Assembly: GCA_964016885.1 (NCBI GenBank)
Contig: OZ024742.1
Span: 264,554,001-264,618,000 of the forward strand
Direction of reading: 5' to 3'
DNA from: Eledone cirrhosa
Lineage: Eukaryota
DNA length: 64,000 nucleotides
Part shown: in pieces, positions 24,743 through 40,890 of the stretch
Position numbering within the stretch: position 1 is the stretch's first letter
Layout: every line of letters begins with the position of its first letter
Position numbers and translations under genes: made by a program
Notes under the pieces: model-generated
What the model was told of the DNA's origin: nothing
Databases searched by the model: none
The model's input: the letters and a program-made list of their open reading frames with translations, nothing else

Positions 24743-27045
24743 CTAGTGACTAGAAATGAGATAAATATTTGCTCAATGTGATTGCCATTGTGTTGATGGT
24801 ATATTTCATTTGAGGGCGATGTTTCTGATGTAAATGAAATGTTAATCTTTCTTATTTGTATATATTTTTTATTTATGTATAATGCTGAGTCTAAGATGTG
24901 TTGTTATATGTCTGTAGCCTATAAGAACCATTTCCAATGAGAAAGATGAATGTTGGAAGAAATTAGATTAGTGTGCTGTATAGCTTTACCTTTGTTTTCT
25001 TCTTATTGGCATGTACTGATTGGTTAATTATGCAGCTGTTTGATACTACGTGAATGTCTGAAGAGGCTTATTGATCTAGTTGCTCTTCTTAACATCAACT
25101 ATACATCTATGAAGTGTCTGTATGAGTGTGTGTGATGTAAGCTACTTTCAATAAGTTAATTAAGGCAAGTAGTTGAATGGGTATATTTTAGTCAGTGGTT
25201 TATCAACTGAACAACTTGCCACTATACCTCCATATTCCTTTAGATAAAATTTATTTTTAAACCAACTTACTAAATCCTTAAAAAATCCATGATTGAGCCT
25301 CTCTACGTGGTCACTGTACCTGTTGGAAATAATAATCAAGTCTTTCTCAAAACACTTCTATTGACTAAAGGAAGGATACATTGTATAATACAATCTTACA
25401 TGTAGCATATCGGAAACGTATCTTCCACCATAGTTCTGCTCAAATAGTGTTACTCTAGAAAAAAAAATAAAAAACCACTTTCTCCAAAATATCAGCAAAT
25501 ATAATAGCAACAACAAAAACATTATTCAGTGAGCATCGCAAATATATTTATTCTTCAGTTTTATAAACATACCCTTACCATATTTAGGGCTGGAACATAT
25601 AAACTCCCATTATATTGTTCCTATGTAGTTTACTGTGAACAATTTGGCCAAGTTCATTACTAGAAAGTAACTTTTGCTGATTTTTATTCTCTATATAATA
25701 ACCTTTCATCCACTCAGCATGGTTACTGACCTTTCCATCATTACACTTTTCTTTAACTTATCTCGAAATGTATTACATGAATTCATGAAGAAGGAAAAAG
25801 CTATCTGAATAGATTATCTCAAACATTTGTTTCTCTTAGTTGCTACTCACAAGAAAGTGCTGTACACATCTGAAGCAGCAATACTAAATGATAATTAGTT
25901 AGGATAAACTGTTGTTGTTTGACCTCTTAGGGTGCCAGGACACTTTATTTATTAACTCAATGTCCTGTACTGCATGAAACCACATTAGCAAGACATTCTT
26001 GAAAATAGCACTATGACTTTGTCATATTAAAAATTTAAGTCTTTACAAATTTTTGTAATGATGTTTCCACTTATAAACGAACCTGTTTTTTTTTTTAATA
26101 TGTTCTACTAAATCATTGCAGGAGATTAAGAGTTTAAAGCAAAGCTTCTCAAATGTATAATTTTCCCAAAGAATGCCAATTCCATAATCGGAGACGCCAA
26201 GACAAGTTTTGCAAGACAGAACAAAACTATTTTCAGGCCCTAACATCTATTCATAATTCTCTTCGTTAGTTATCTGGGTCCTGGAATATTGTACCATAAC
26301 AATCTCTGCTATCATCTTTTTTCAGTCTCTACTAAAAAATCCTAATCCATTCACACAAAGTTTACTGTAGCATTTTACAATCTCACACCACCAGATACAA
26401 CTGCTTACCAAACTCATACTATTCCAAAATACAACTACATACCATAGAATTCACCTAATGATAAAAATTATGCAAAGTGAAATCAGATCTGACTAAAGCA
26501 AAACATTGAGAACTCTAGAACTATTGTTTGCTGGTGAGTCTTTAATGAGTTAACTCAGTAGCATAGGTCTGCACAAGAAAAGTTCACTATAGTAACTTAT
26601 AATCATCATTATCATCATCATCGCCACTACCAGCACCCCATCAACACCATCACCATCACCACCACCACCACCACCAACATTATCATTATCATCAAATCAA
26701 CAATTGCTGCCAAAACACCACTAGCAACAGCCTCTACCAACTTACCTAATCCAATGCACGCGAGTAGCCTATCCAACAGACCTCTGTTAAACCTCCTAAA
26801 TTTAAAAGCACAGAAAACTAATATATATATATGTGTGTATGTCTGAGTTTCAGAGTGTGTATGTGTGTGTTTGTGATAGAGAGAGATTTAGTGTCATGAG
26901 CTGAACATAGCTAATTATTGATTACAACAAAAATCCAGAGATTAACTTCATTTCAGATTATCGCTTTGCAGTTAAATTTCTATCAAAACAATAAAGAATT
27001 TCCACTTTTCATTTCATTTGATTTTCATTGCAGAGAGAGAGTCAG

Positions 27046-27115
<70 letters not shown>

Positions 27116-27199
27116 CGATAGTTAGAGAGAGAGGACTTAGAGAGGAAGAGATTGTCTTTGTATTTACTATCTACAATAAGTTCTGGCCCCCTTTTTTAA

Positions 27200-28572
27200 A
27201 GATTTGTATGGTCATCATCAACATATCTTGTTGTGCCAGTGCCATATCCATTGAAGTGCAGCGTCGTTTGCTTCCATCAAGTCTTGGTCGGAGCATGTGG
27301 GTCTCAGTGAGCACCCACGGAGGAAGTGGGCTATGGTCTGGGAGGTCTCGCTGCAAGGGCACTCAGCACAGGTGGCCAATCCCCACTTGTGAAGGTTGTC
27401 TCCAGTTTTGCCCGTTTTGGCTCTGGCCCTGTTTAGGGTTACCCAGTCCTTTCTGCTAAGAGATGTTCCATTGGGGAGGCTTTCATTTGGGCTTGGTAAG
27501 GCTGCGTTGGGTGGGCGGTGGTCACTCTCCCTCCACTTTTCCAACAATAAGTTCTGCCGATTGTGCATGCTCCAGGCTATCCACGGTTAAGAAGCTTTTT
27601 CGAGATTTTAATCATCTTCTTATTTCCTGGTGGATATAGAGTGGATGCCTGGGATTGTGTTGTTGTTTGTACTGTTCAGTTTTTTGTGTTGACCTCTCGT
27701 CGTATGTGGGGCGGTGGAATGCTAGCAAGATAGTATACGGCTGGAAGGGGAGTTGCTTTTAATGTTCTGGTGATCATCCAGCATGATTTGTTCAACTCTG
27801 GGTCAACTCTGGGTCAACTCTGTTTGCATGGCACGACCTTGCCCATACTGGTGAACAATATTCTGCGGTGGAGTAGAAGAATGCCAGTGCTGTTTGCCTC
27901 AGTGTTATGGGATCTACACCCCAGCTGGTGTTGGTTAGTTTGCTGAGGAGATTATTTCTAGTTGCCAGTTTACTTTTAAGTTTGTCTATGTGTTGTTTGA
28001 AGGAGAGCGTTCTATCAAGGGCAACTCCGAGGTAAAGTGGATGAGGGTGGTTTTCCAGTTCATTGTTGCCCCATCTGATTTTTAGTTTCCTGTTTGCTTG
28101 GTGGTTGTTAAGATGGAAGGCACACACCTGCGTTTTGCTGGCATTAGCGTTAAGGTACCATTTTTTGTAGTATGCAGAGAGAGTTGTAAGGGCATTTGGT
28201 AGTCTTTTCTTGATTGTGTCAAAGGAGCCTGACTGTGTTGCTATGCAGAGATCATCCACATATATGAATCTACGAATATTGTGGAACTGTGGCTGGTCAT
28301 TTGTGTAAATGTTGAACAGCATAGGGGCTAGCACAGAGCCCTGTGGGAGTCCTTTGTTCTGGACCTTCCACCTACTTCGCCTGCCATCCATCTCAACAAA
28401 GAATCGCCGATTGATGAGCAGTGACTCAATTATGCGGACTGCAGTGGTGTTCCAAACTGTTTGGGCTACCTTTAAGAGAAGTGCTCTGTGGTTCACGGTG
28501 TCATAGGCAGCTGTGAGGTTGACAAAGACTGCTCCGGTAATTTGTTTGGCCTCAAATCCATCCTCGATGTAT
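27200..28572 (-). mobile_element. Vingi/Ingi-group LINE, 5'-truncated and frameshifted
   Basis: IEDGFE..ITGAVFVNLTAAYDTVNH, GLPQGSVLAPMLFNIYTNDQP, FIYVDD, YLGVALDRTL, STAEYCSPVW, and a C-terminal LHKWG...CPC..QTIAH...C motif. Confidence 0.8.
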
Positions 28573-29410
28573 GGTACATAGTGGTGTGTGTGTGTGTATT
28601 TGTGCATGTTTGTGTTTGTATGAATGTGATTTCATTGTCATATGTATAGTTGCTTTTGTCTGTGTGTTTGTGTATGTTTGTTTGTAGGTGTATATGAGTG
28701 TGATTTCATTGCTATGTGCATGGTTGCTTTTGTGTGTTTATGAGTGTCTTATTTAGTATTTTGCAAAAGGATTTTGTTTATATTTAAATTTTATTTATAG
28801 CTGCCATGTATGTGTGTGTGTGTAGCTTTTTGTTTATGTGCACATAGTTGTATTTTGGGCATGTGTGTGTACATATATGCATCCTCTCTCTCTCTCTCTC
28901 AAATATGACTGTACAGAAAGTAGACTATGCTCTTATGAAAGATGACACAAAATAAAGAAATATATTGTAGTATTACAGGTCTATCAATATCCTATCCACA
29001 TGGAGCAATGTACAATAAACCAATGATAACATTGCCAATGGCATTTTGTCCTTTCATACAAAGGCATGCAGAATAGTAAATATCTGGCTTAACTATATGC
29101 CAAAGGAACATGAATGATCTTATTTTTTATGGAAGAACAATCGTATATTGTTCACTGTTTTCCAATTTTAGATTGTGGAGCACATAAATGTTGACTCATA
29201 TTGCTTGTTGGTTGTATTTGGTTTGTGTAGCATTAAATTGATGGAAACATAAACTTATTTAAGCAATTAACTCCAGGAAACATATCCGGTAACTTAAAAA
29301 TTATGAAGACAGACCAGAATAGTGAATAATGTTTGAAAGATTGTGGTTGTAGCAGTGATATCAAAACCCAAGTGGCATAGTCTCATACACCATTTGCAAA
29401 AGAATAGATT

Positions 29411-29925
29411 TTAACCTTTTTAACTACCATATTTTTAATGAATTAGACTATCTGTATTATCAAATAATTTTGGAAATAATAAAAAAAAATGTGGAATGAT
29501 TTAGTAATATAACTAACATTCACATGATTAATCCTTTAGTATTTAAACCGGCCGTATCCAGCCAGAAGACTTCTCACCTCTTTCTGTTCAAAGTGGCCAT
29601 AACTGGCCCCTCATACTGGTTTTAAGGTATTGTTCTCAAAATAAATAATATCAAAATCTCATAGATTTGATATTATGTGAGGTAAAGTGTTTACCATGAA
29701 AATATAATAGTAAATATAGAGAATTCATCATCATCATTTTACATCCGCTTTTCCCTGCTTGCAAATGCTAAAGGGTTAAGCTGGTATGTGTAGTATAGCT
29801 TAACAAGGGCTGTTACATAAAGTTATGATGGAAGTTTATAAGATAAATATGAACACTTTAAAATAAACATCTTTGTATAATAAAATCAGAGGTTGCTTTA
29901 AGCAGTTTGGTACCAAAAGTGTTAA
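29411..29925. mobile_element. TTAA-flanked MITE (piggyBac-like) containing a nested MITE
   Basis: TTAA-CCTTTT...CAAAAGTG-TTAA; similar in reverse orientation to 40891-41127. Confidence 0.6.
29528..29779. mobile_element. Nested TTAA-flanked MITE
   Basis: TTAA-TCCTTTAGTATTT ... AAATGCTAAAGGG-TTAA, a 13-bp imperfect TIR. Confidence 0.75.
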
Positions 29926-32199
29926 AGATTTTCTTCACTAGACAATGTCTGAGGTAAAGGAAATTATGATGGAAGTGAAATGGTAGTGCACTTCTTTTTC
30001 TTATCTCCTACTCTGGTAAATCATGATAAATAGCTAAAGTTAAAGCTACTCATGTTCCATTTGGCATTTTAGGTGTTCTTTCCTAGTTTTTAAGGCCAGG
30101 TGGGCTTGGAAAGCATTATAGGACCTAATTGATTGGTTTAAATGTAGGACACATGTCTTAAAGATCAGATGTTCAATCCCTGATCGAAACATTACTATTT
30201 AATTGTTCCATTTCACAGGTGAATGCTAACTGTTGGAAAGGACATTCAATATTAAAATGTTTTCTTTAATAATTCTATGTAAAATCTGAATCTGATTACC
30301 TGTTCAACTGATTCAAACATAGAAAATATAAAAAAAAACAATACAGTAACATTAAATTAGTTAGGTATAGCTTGATTAATTTCATTTAATTTGCATCATT
30401 AATATTCATGAAGCATAAGCAATATTGCTTCCCATTTCCTCTGCACCACCTCAATCTCAAGTTGCATACCTATGTAAGATGCAATATTTTAAAATGTTAG
30501 CCATTGTAATTAGACATGGTTGCTTATTTAAAATGGATGAATTTTTAACGAGGTTGCAGTAATACTGAAAGTGAAAATATTGATTATATTTATAAATGAC
30601 TAAAAACTGTTGTGTGAGAAGGAACCTGTTCACCATTAAATACACCTATGAACATTATAAAAGTTTCATATTTGTCAGGTCTTTGAAAAGGAAAAAAATA
30701 ATGTGATAATATTTTATTTGCACAATAGTGCCAAGTACTTTATATAAAGGTGTGAAAAGGAAAAAAGCAGTGGGCTTGTTTTGCATCTCCTCAGTATTAC
30801 TGGTCTTTATTTTATTTGTGAAATCAGATCTTGGTAAAGATTTCAAGTCATAAATGAAATACACCTAAACTAGTTATTGTAAAACATTTAGTTCTGCTTG
30901 CTTTTTTCTCCACTTTCCTCCCATTAGCCTATGAAGGCACTTTCGTGAAGTTATTCGATATGCTAGATATAGCAGCCAAATCGCTCTTAAATGATATCCT
31001 ACTCTTTTTAAGACAAGGAGCAACACATTAGAGATATTGTAATTATAGATACACTATGTTTCAAAAACAGAAGACAAAAAAAACATAATTGTCATGGCAG
31101 GAATTGTCAGTCACCATAAATCAGCTTATTTACAGCTAATCTTATGGTAAACAATACCAACAATGTAAAAACAAAGGATGATGATACAGAAAACATATCT
31201 TATGAAGAATTTTTTCACTATTAATATCTTTCATTATGGTTCATTTAAAACAAAACATATATAATCTGTAACCCAACTAAATGTTCATGTATTTATGAAA
31301 AGATTATATAGAATAGATCTCTGTAGCAGTCTGTGGATCGACTGAAGCTGCAGTAATAGTGCAACCCGTGTCAGATATTAAATAGTCTTACAGAGGTAAA
31401 CTACCTATTCAAGTTATTGTAGTTTTCAGTGAATAAGATGAATTTTTTAACCCCAAATATAATGTCAAAATCTACATGAGTATAAATATTATATATATAT
31501 ATTATATATATATATATATATATAGAAAAGATGAATATAAAATGAAAGTGCTTTTATAAAGGAATTTATTAGGTATTGACATATGTTTATGCTTGCGTAA
31601 TCATATAATGTTAGCAAGTATTCGATAGCAAATGTATAATCAGTTGTCACTTCTTCAGAGATATTGGATAAATTGGAAAACATCAGAAAAATCAAACTAT
31701 TTATATTAGTTGTAAGAAAGGAAGAAGAGAAGGGATGGGTATATGACAGATGGCAATTCAATTTGCTGGTAAACAAGTATATAGAAGGTTTTTAATGAGA
31801 ATACAATGAGAATACAATGAGTATATGGCTTATTTTATCTAAATAAGAATTTTGGGGAGTGCCTATTTTAATCTATATTTGACCAGTTGAACAATGGACA
31901 GGGCTGGTCGTTTGGTGTAGTAGTATTAATACAGATATAAAGTGTCAAGTAAGGAAGAGAGAGATTTTTACTGCTACTGTATAACAACAATGCTGGTAGC
32001 CTGCTGGTATATGCATTAGGGAATTGAATTAAGAAATCTCATTTTATCTATAGCAGTTTATATTAAATGGTAAAGAATAGAATAGTTGATAGAATTAAGA
32101 GTAATAGAGAATGTTAATATGTATTTTGACAATCAAACGGAGATGGAGACAGGTGTTCAATCCTGGTAGCGTTTGTAATATGAAAATGTAGATTTCAAG

Positions 32200-33258
32200 C
32201 GATGGTTACAGTATAACGATCGCTCTATTCTGTTATTTAATAAAATATTTTTGGATTTCATGATACAAAATATTTCCATATTACACAATTTACAAAATTC
32301 CTGTCCTTGGGTTTATGCAGGGGCAGTTACTATTATATCCCATTTTAGGTTAAATTGTTGGTTATTTTCGAGCAGCTGCCAAGCCTTGTCTGCGAGTGTT
32401 GTTACATAACGCTGGTTTTCATGTTTTATCGAGTAACTATGTCTATAAAGGCGAGATTTGAAGGAGGTAGCTGTAGACCCCACATAGTACCACTTCTGGC
32501 TACCCGATTCGATAGTACATTTGTATATGATGTTGCGTTCAAGACACTGATTGTTCAACGGACACATTCCTGGTTGGACACAATTACAGTTATAATTATG
32601 CGTTGTTGTATTACCATGGATGGGTTGATGAGGTTGCTTAGGCAGGACGGGATGTTGTTTGTTGTTTTGTGATGTTATAGCCGATGTTTTACGTGTATTG
32701 TTATGTGTTGGAAGGCGTTTATACAGCCGTTTTGCGTTAAGCATTTTTATATGTTGTTCAATATTAGGGGCGGTTGAATATGAAAGTCGAATAGTGTTAG
32801 GGTTTAAGATTTTATTATATTTATGTGATGTTGGAAAATGTTTTTTAACTAATCGAAAGAATTGTGAGGGTAGATTGGTTTTAATAGAGTTGTTATAGAC
32901 CGGGTTGGACCATATATACTCTTTACATCGCCTTCTGTTTGGTGGTGTGCGACTATTAGTGTGTCTATTGCGGTAGTGTATGTATGGTGGTGATTCTATG
33001 CAATTTCTACTCCTATGAGATTTATTTTGGGTGTTTTGGTGATCGTCGACTATATACTCTATATTATCTAGGTGTCCAGCCTTCCTAAGTGCATCATCAT
33101 AATATTCGGCATGTACTTTGAAGGTCTGCTGGTTGGACGACAGGTGGGAGATTCTAAGGGAAATATTTCTAGGGATGGATTCAATTATAGAGGGTGGATG
33201 GTTAGAATGCGTATTTACATATTTAAGGTTCTCATTTAGTTTATGGAACGGTTTAATC
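32200..33258 (-). pseudogene. Penelope RT-thumb/GIY-YIG endonuclease relic
   Basis: YVNTHSNHPPSII, IWSNP.YNNSIKTN, CNCVQPGMCPLNNQCL..NIIYKC, YYVGST...FKSRLYRH, CKLCNME. Confidence 0.9.
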
Positions 33259-33273
33259 GTTTATCCAATATCT

Positions 33274-33568
33274 CTGAAGAAGTGACAACTGATTATACAT
33301 TTGCTATCGAATACTTGCTAACATTCGGTGGATTGGCAGTATCGGTAGAGAGTCGGACGCCATGCTTTCCAGCATAGTTACGTCCCTTTGCGGTCTGAGT
33401 TCAAATCCTACCGCGGTTAACTTTGCCTTTCATCCTTACGGGGTCGATTAAATAAAGTACCAGTAATGTACTGGGTATTTGATGGCCTTGTGCCAAAAAG
33501 TTGAAACAATTATATGATTACGCAAGCAGCGAAACATAGGTATTCCGTCTGTTACAGAAACATATGTC
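33274..33568 (+). ncRNA. Degenerate hammerhead motif in the Penelope terminal repeat, long stem II interrupted by a SINE
   Basis: CTGAAGA-A-GTGACA ... TGTTAC-A-GAAAC-ATAT-GTC; stem I is weak. Confidence 0.5.
33326..33511 (+). mobile_element. tRNA-derived SINE, type 1, with defined boundaries
   Basis: A-box-like TGGCAGTATCGG and B-box GAGTTCAAATCC; absent from the paralogous site at about 31605. Confidence 0.92.
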
Positions 33569-33726
33569 AATACCTAATAAATTCCTTTATAAAAGCACTT
33601 TCATTTTATATTCATCTTTTCTACATTTTCTCCGGAATATAATTTATACTCGTTGAGCAAACCTACACGTACGCTGTTCATCTCTAACGTGACGATATAT
33701 TATCACTACATTATTGATAACTTGAA

Positions 33727-33764
<38 letters not shown>

Positions 33765-33766
<2 letters not shown>

Positions 33767-34204
33767 TGGCTGCCAACTCGTTTTCGAGTACGGCCACTAC
33801 TTTATATCCATGTAGGAGAACCCCTACCGATGCGCTGAACGAGTGTGACTTTTTAGTCCAGCCAGCGACTTGAAAACTCTGGTACAAACACTACACTTGT
33901 GACAATTACTGACACATAGTGCTGGGCCCATGGTACCATGTGACGACAAGTGCAGAGAGATCTCCAGATATAAAGCAATGCCTGTGCCGTGAAGCTTTTA
34001 TAGTGAGCAAAGGCACTGCACAAAGCCAGTCCCACTCTCTTAACCAAGATGATATTTACCAAAAAGAAGAACAAGTCAACATCATTGGATACCATCAGGG
34101 TTGCAGGTGTTATATCAGAGTTTTCCTTCTCCTAGAATTCTGCCTTGACAAAGGCTAAGGGGTCATCTCTCCCGGTGATTTTGGATGGCCATTGACTCTT
34201 AAGA
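33765..34204 (-). mobile_element. Bipartite RTE-derived non-autonomous element, truncated copy
   Basis: Nearly identical to 36857-37294; flanked by (TA)n. Confidence 0.85.
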
Positions 34205-36856
<2,652 letters not shown>

Positions 36857-37405
36857 GGTGGCTGCCAACTCGTTTTCGAGTACGGCCACTACTTTATATC
36901 CATGTAGGAGAACCCCTACCGATGTGCTGAACAAGTGTGACTTTTTAGTCCAGCCAGTGACTTGAAAACTCTGGTACAAACACTACACTTGTGACAATTG
37001 TTGACACAGTGCTGGGCCCATGGTACCATGTGAGGACAAGTGCAGAGAGATCTCCAGATATAAAGCAATGCCTGTGCCGTGAAGCTTTTATAGTGAGCAA
37101 AGGCACTGCACAAAGCCAGTCCCACTCTCTTAACCAAGATGATATTTACCAAAAAGAAGAACAAGTCAACATCATTGGATACCATCAGGGTTGCAGGTGT
37201 TATATCAGAGTTTTCCTTCTCCTAGAATTCTGCCTTGACAAAGGCTAAGGGGTCATCTCTCCCGGTGATTTTGGATGGCCATTGACTCTTAAGAGCTCCT
37301 TTGCCCTTTGACAGGTTTTGTTTTTAGTCCTGCAGGATGTCCAAAGTCACCCTCCTCACCAAGAAACCTTGGTGGGGTTGCCAGTTTAGTCGCCAACGAC
37401 CCGAC
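36857..37405 (-). mobile_element. Bipartite RTE-derived non-autonomous element
   Basis: RTE-5'-like GGAGAAGGAAAACTCTGAT motif plus a C2H2 relic [22 protein letters not shown]; no EN or RT. Confidence 0.8.
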
Positions 37406-37428
37406 AATATATATATATATATATATAC

Positions 37429-37482
<54 letters not shown>

Positions 37483-38027
37483 AAATAAAATAAAATATAA
37501 CCAATGTAATGGAAAAGATAACAATAATATTAATACTCTCAACACATGCACATTTGAACATTACAGAAACAATTATCACACTACATCCACCATAAACTCA
37601 TAATTTTAATACACAAACATCTTTGCCTGCTTGATATGCTTGTAAACCTATGATATTTTATGTGATACCTTTGCCATACAGTAATTATATATATGCCTAG
37701 TACCATTGCTTGTTTCCTACTTAGCTGTCCTGTATATGACCAACACATTTGCACTCTCTGTACGCTTGCATATGTACTGCTAGTGTCCTCGTTTTACGAG
37801 TAACTTTCTACCTTAATGCCTCTTTAATTATTATAATATTCCTTTGTAATCTCTGTCGCATGCATTCCACTCTGTGCCTCTTTAATTATTATACAATTCT
37901 CTTGTAATCTCTGTCACACCCATTCCACTCTGTAAATACGAAACTGTTGATGACAACATTAATATCCATGTATCTATATGATTGTTCAGTTGAATAGGAA
38001 GTTAATTATATGTCCAAACTTTGCTAG

Positions 38028-38074
38028 TGCTCCGATGATTCCAAACGAAAGTTTGGAAGAAACGATTGCCAGCA
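38028..38074 (+). ncRNA. Mutated minimal hammerhead motif
   Basis: UGCU-CCGAUGA-UUCCAAAC(GAAA)GUUUGGAA-GAAAC-GAUU-GCC-AGCA followed by AATAAA; two core substitutions. Confidence 0.55.
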
Positions 38075-38214
38075 ATAAAATGATTTTAACATAGTTTTGA
38101 TTATTGTATAATTTATATATATATATGTATATGAGGTAAACTTTGTCGCTTCAACCATGATGGTACGCACATACGTTGGTCGGTAAATAAAAAGCTTTTA
38201 TATGTTGTATATAA

Positions 38215-38284
38215 TTGATCCTGATGATTTTTCTACAAAGGTATTCAAAAGTATATTTGGGGGAGAATGAAACATGTAAATCAA
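38215..38284 (+). ncRNA. Minimal type I hammerhead motif (Penelope-type)
   Basis: UUGAUC-CUGAUGA-[imperfect stem II]-GAAAC-AU-GUA-AAUCAA. Confidence 0.65.
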
Positions 38285-38330
38285 ATGAATAATGTATTAA
38301 TTGTTGAAACTTGGCGATCTATTTTTTTGT

Positions 38331-38369
<39 letters not shown>

Positions 38370-39710
38370 AAATGTCAAATTCTTCTGGCTTAAGAATATA
38401 ATAATTACATGTGTGTTTGTGTGTGTGTATTATATTTATAAACTGGCAGATTTGGGGGTAAAAAATCTGTTTCATATACTGAAAAATATGCTACATATTT
38501 CTAGTTCCATGGAATGTGCCATTGAGAATCAGATGTCTTTATCAGAGACACATTATAGTACAGATGATAGCATATTAAACATTCCTTAAACTGATCTTTC
38601 ATTTTGTTTATGGATGATCTTTAAAAATGTTTATAGATGAAGACAGACATTGAATTTCCAAGACATTTACATGATTTTCAATGCTAACAAGTTTGGGATG
38701 GTTTCTGAAAATGTTAGTATTTGCATATGAATTTTTTGAGAAAACTTTATTAAAATTGATATACCCTTGATTTAAAAAATAACCATTCAAATGAGAGAAG
38801 AGAGAAATATACGAAAGTATTTAACTCATATTCTCATAAACTCGTATGTTACTCTAAATCTTAATTTTTTTTATTGCCATTTCAAATCTTTATCACATAT
38901 TTTTTTCACATTGCTTTCTTTAAATTTGCACAAGGCTCCACCTTTTCAGAAGTAGGCTGCAACCAATTAAATCAATTTTAGTAATTTACTAATATTTATT
39001 TTATCATTTTTACTAAAGCAATAATGAAAGGTTAATACAACTTCAGTAGGAATTGCACAAAAATAAACCAAATACTCTGAAGCATTCGGTTTGGTGATAT
39101 TTTCTTTCCTGCCATGACACTAACTTCTGTTTATCATGTTAAACTCATTGTTGCTTAATTAACTGATCTAATAGTTTTGAAGCGAAACAACTTGTATCTG
39201 TATATTTTGGATATTAGATTATCGTAATCCACACAATATACACTATTGACAACAACCTCCCTAGTATTGATGATTTACATAAACACACCCAGTACACTCT
39301 ATAAAGTGGTTGGAGATAGGAAGGTCACCCAACCATAGAAAACTTGCCATACAAATAGGTGGAAGGCTCTCCAACTGTGTCAAAGACATGATAGCCTTTC
39401 TATTTCTAGTGTCATGATAAAATACACTTCTGAGCATAGGAATGTGTGTAAGTAAGATGCAAACCCCCAGCCCAACTCTTGCCAGCCGGGATGGCAGATA
39501 TTAAATGATGTTATTCATCTCATTTTCTTTCTAGTTGATTATGAGAGCATTTGAGCCCAGTACAATTCTTCCATTTCCTGCAGATATGCATAGTGCCTCC
39601 CCATGTCAACATGGTGTCTATTTACACATGGTCCAAAAACAATTAAGCATCTTTCTCAAGAATAGGCATGGGAAGGCATACAAATGGTTATTCAATTTAT
39701 ATATTTATAT

Positions 39711-39875
39711 AGGTGGGAAATTGGCAGAGTCATTAAGACATCAGATAGAATGTTTTACAGTATTCATCCCACCTCACTGCACACTCTGAGTTCAAATCCT
39801 GCCGTGGTCAACTTTGCCTTTCATTCTTTCGAGGTCAATAAGAAACATATCAGTCCAGTACTGGGGGTTGATTCT
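39711..39875 (+). mobile_element. tRNA-derived SINE, type 1
   Basis: TTGGCAGAGTC..GAGTTCAAATCCTGCCGTGGTCAACTTTGCCTTTCAT. Confidence 0.8.
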
Positions 39876-40209
39876 TTCTCTATAGAAAAAAATGTGTTCA
39901 GACCTGGAGAAGGTTGGGCTCCATCAGCTTTAAAAATACCCTAGACATGCCATATGATGGTGCTTCTATGACTCCACAAGGAGTGCTGGGATCTTTATCC
40001 TTATCCTATATATATTTATATATATATATATATATATAGTTAAAGAACATATATTTACTTATATTCCATTTCTGTCCTAATCCTAAGCATGTTTTCCTTT
40101 CTTTTCTATTCCTAAGCATTCAATCATAAAATGGTAAGTTTACCTACTTTCAGACAGGTTGACTAAATCAACTAAAACAATGCTTTGGATTTTGAGCACA
40201 ATACAATAC

Positions 40210-40625
40210 TTTCTGACATTGGCATAAAGCCAGCAATTTGGTGCGTTGGGGTGTGTGTGTGAGAGGAATACATTGATTATATCAACCATGTACTTGACTA
40301 GTGCTCTATTTTATCGACCCCAAAAGGATGAGAAGCCAAGTTGACCTTGAGATTTAAATTCAAAACAGAAAGCCATAACTAAATACCATAAACCATTTTG
40401 TCCAATGTTCTACTGATACAGCCAATCCACTACCGTTGGTTTCTAATTTTGGCACAAGGCCAGCAGTTTTGGGATGCAGGAAAACTCAGTTATATTAGCC
40501 TCAGTACTTGACTGGTTCTTTATTTTATCAACTCCAAAAAAATAAAGAGTAAAGTTAAATTCAGAATGAAACAGATACTGCTAAACAGTTGTTCAACACC
40601 TAAAAACTCTGCTAATCTACCACCT
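40210..40625 (-). mobile_element. Two tandem type 1 SINE copies
   Basis: TTGGCA(T/C)AA(A/G)GCCAGCA and TTTATC(G/A)AC(C/T)CCAAAA motifs repeat at about 40220 and 40450. Confidence 0.7.
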
Positions 40626-40890
40626 TCACTTTGGGCACAAAATAATAACAATACCCAGACTTGAACTTTTGACTTCATAATTACGAGTGGAAATAGAAAC
40701 AGAGTAGTAGAGTCAGCTTCTCTATACTACAAAAAATATAAATGTAGACTTAAAGTCTGTAGCCTAAGGAGAGGTGCTCAGGAATATGTTTCAATAGGCT
40801 GACAACCTGTTAACAACCATCTCCTCTTTAGTTATGTATAGTCATGAGCCTCTCTGTGAGAACCTTTTTTCTCTTTAACAGGTTTTATGT

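Larger units (their letters stand above)
31523..33623 (-). mobile_element. Penelope-like element, 5'-truncated, with an inverted copy of its terminal repeat
   Basis: 31523-31672 is the reverse complement of 33260-33623 once the SINE is removed; RT thumb and GIY-YIG coding relic lie between. Confidence 0.9.

Noticed and set aside
30470-30564. Possible 95-nt minus-strand exon with acceptor and donor; similar weak candidates near 19.8, 20.1, 38.7 and 42.8 kb
   Set aside because: No recognisable protein similarity or consistent exon chain; such signals arise by chance in AT-rich DNA and would need RNA-seq support.
33326-33420. tRNA-like A and B boxes
   Set aside because: No cloverleaf; it is the head of a multi-copy SINE, as at 48014.
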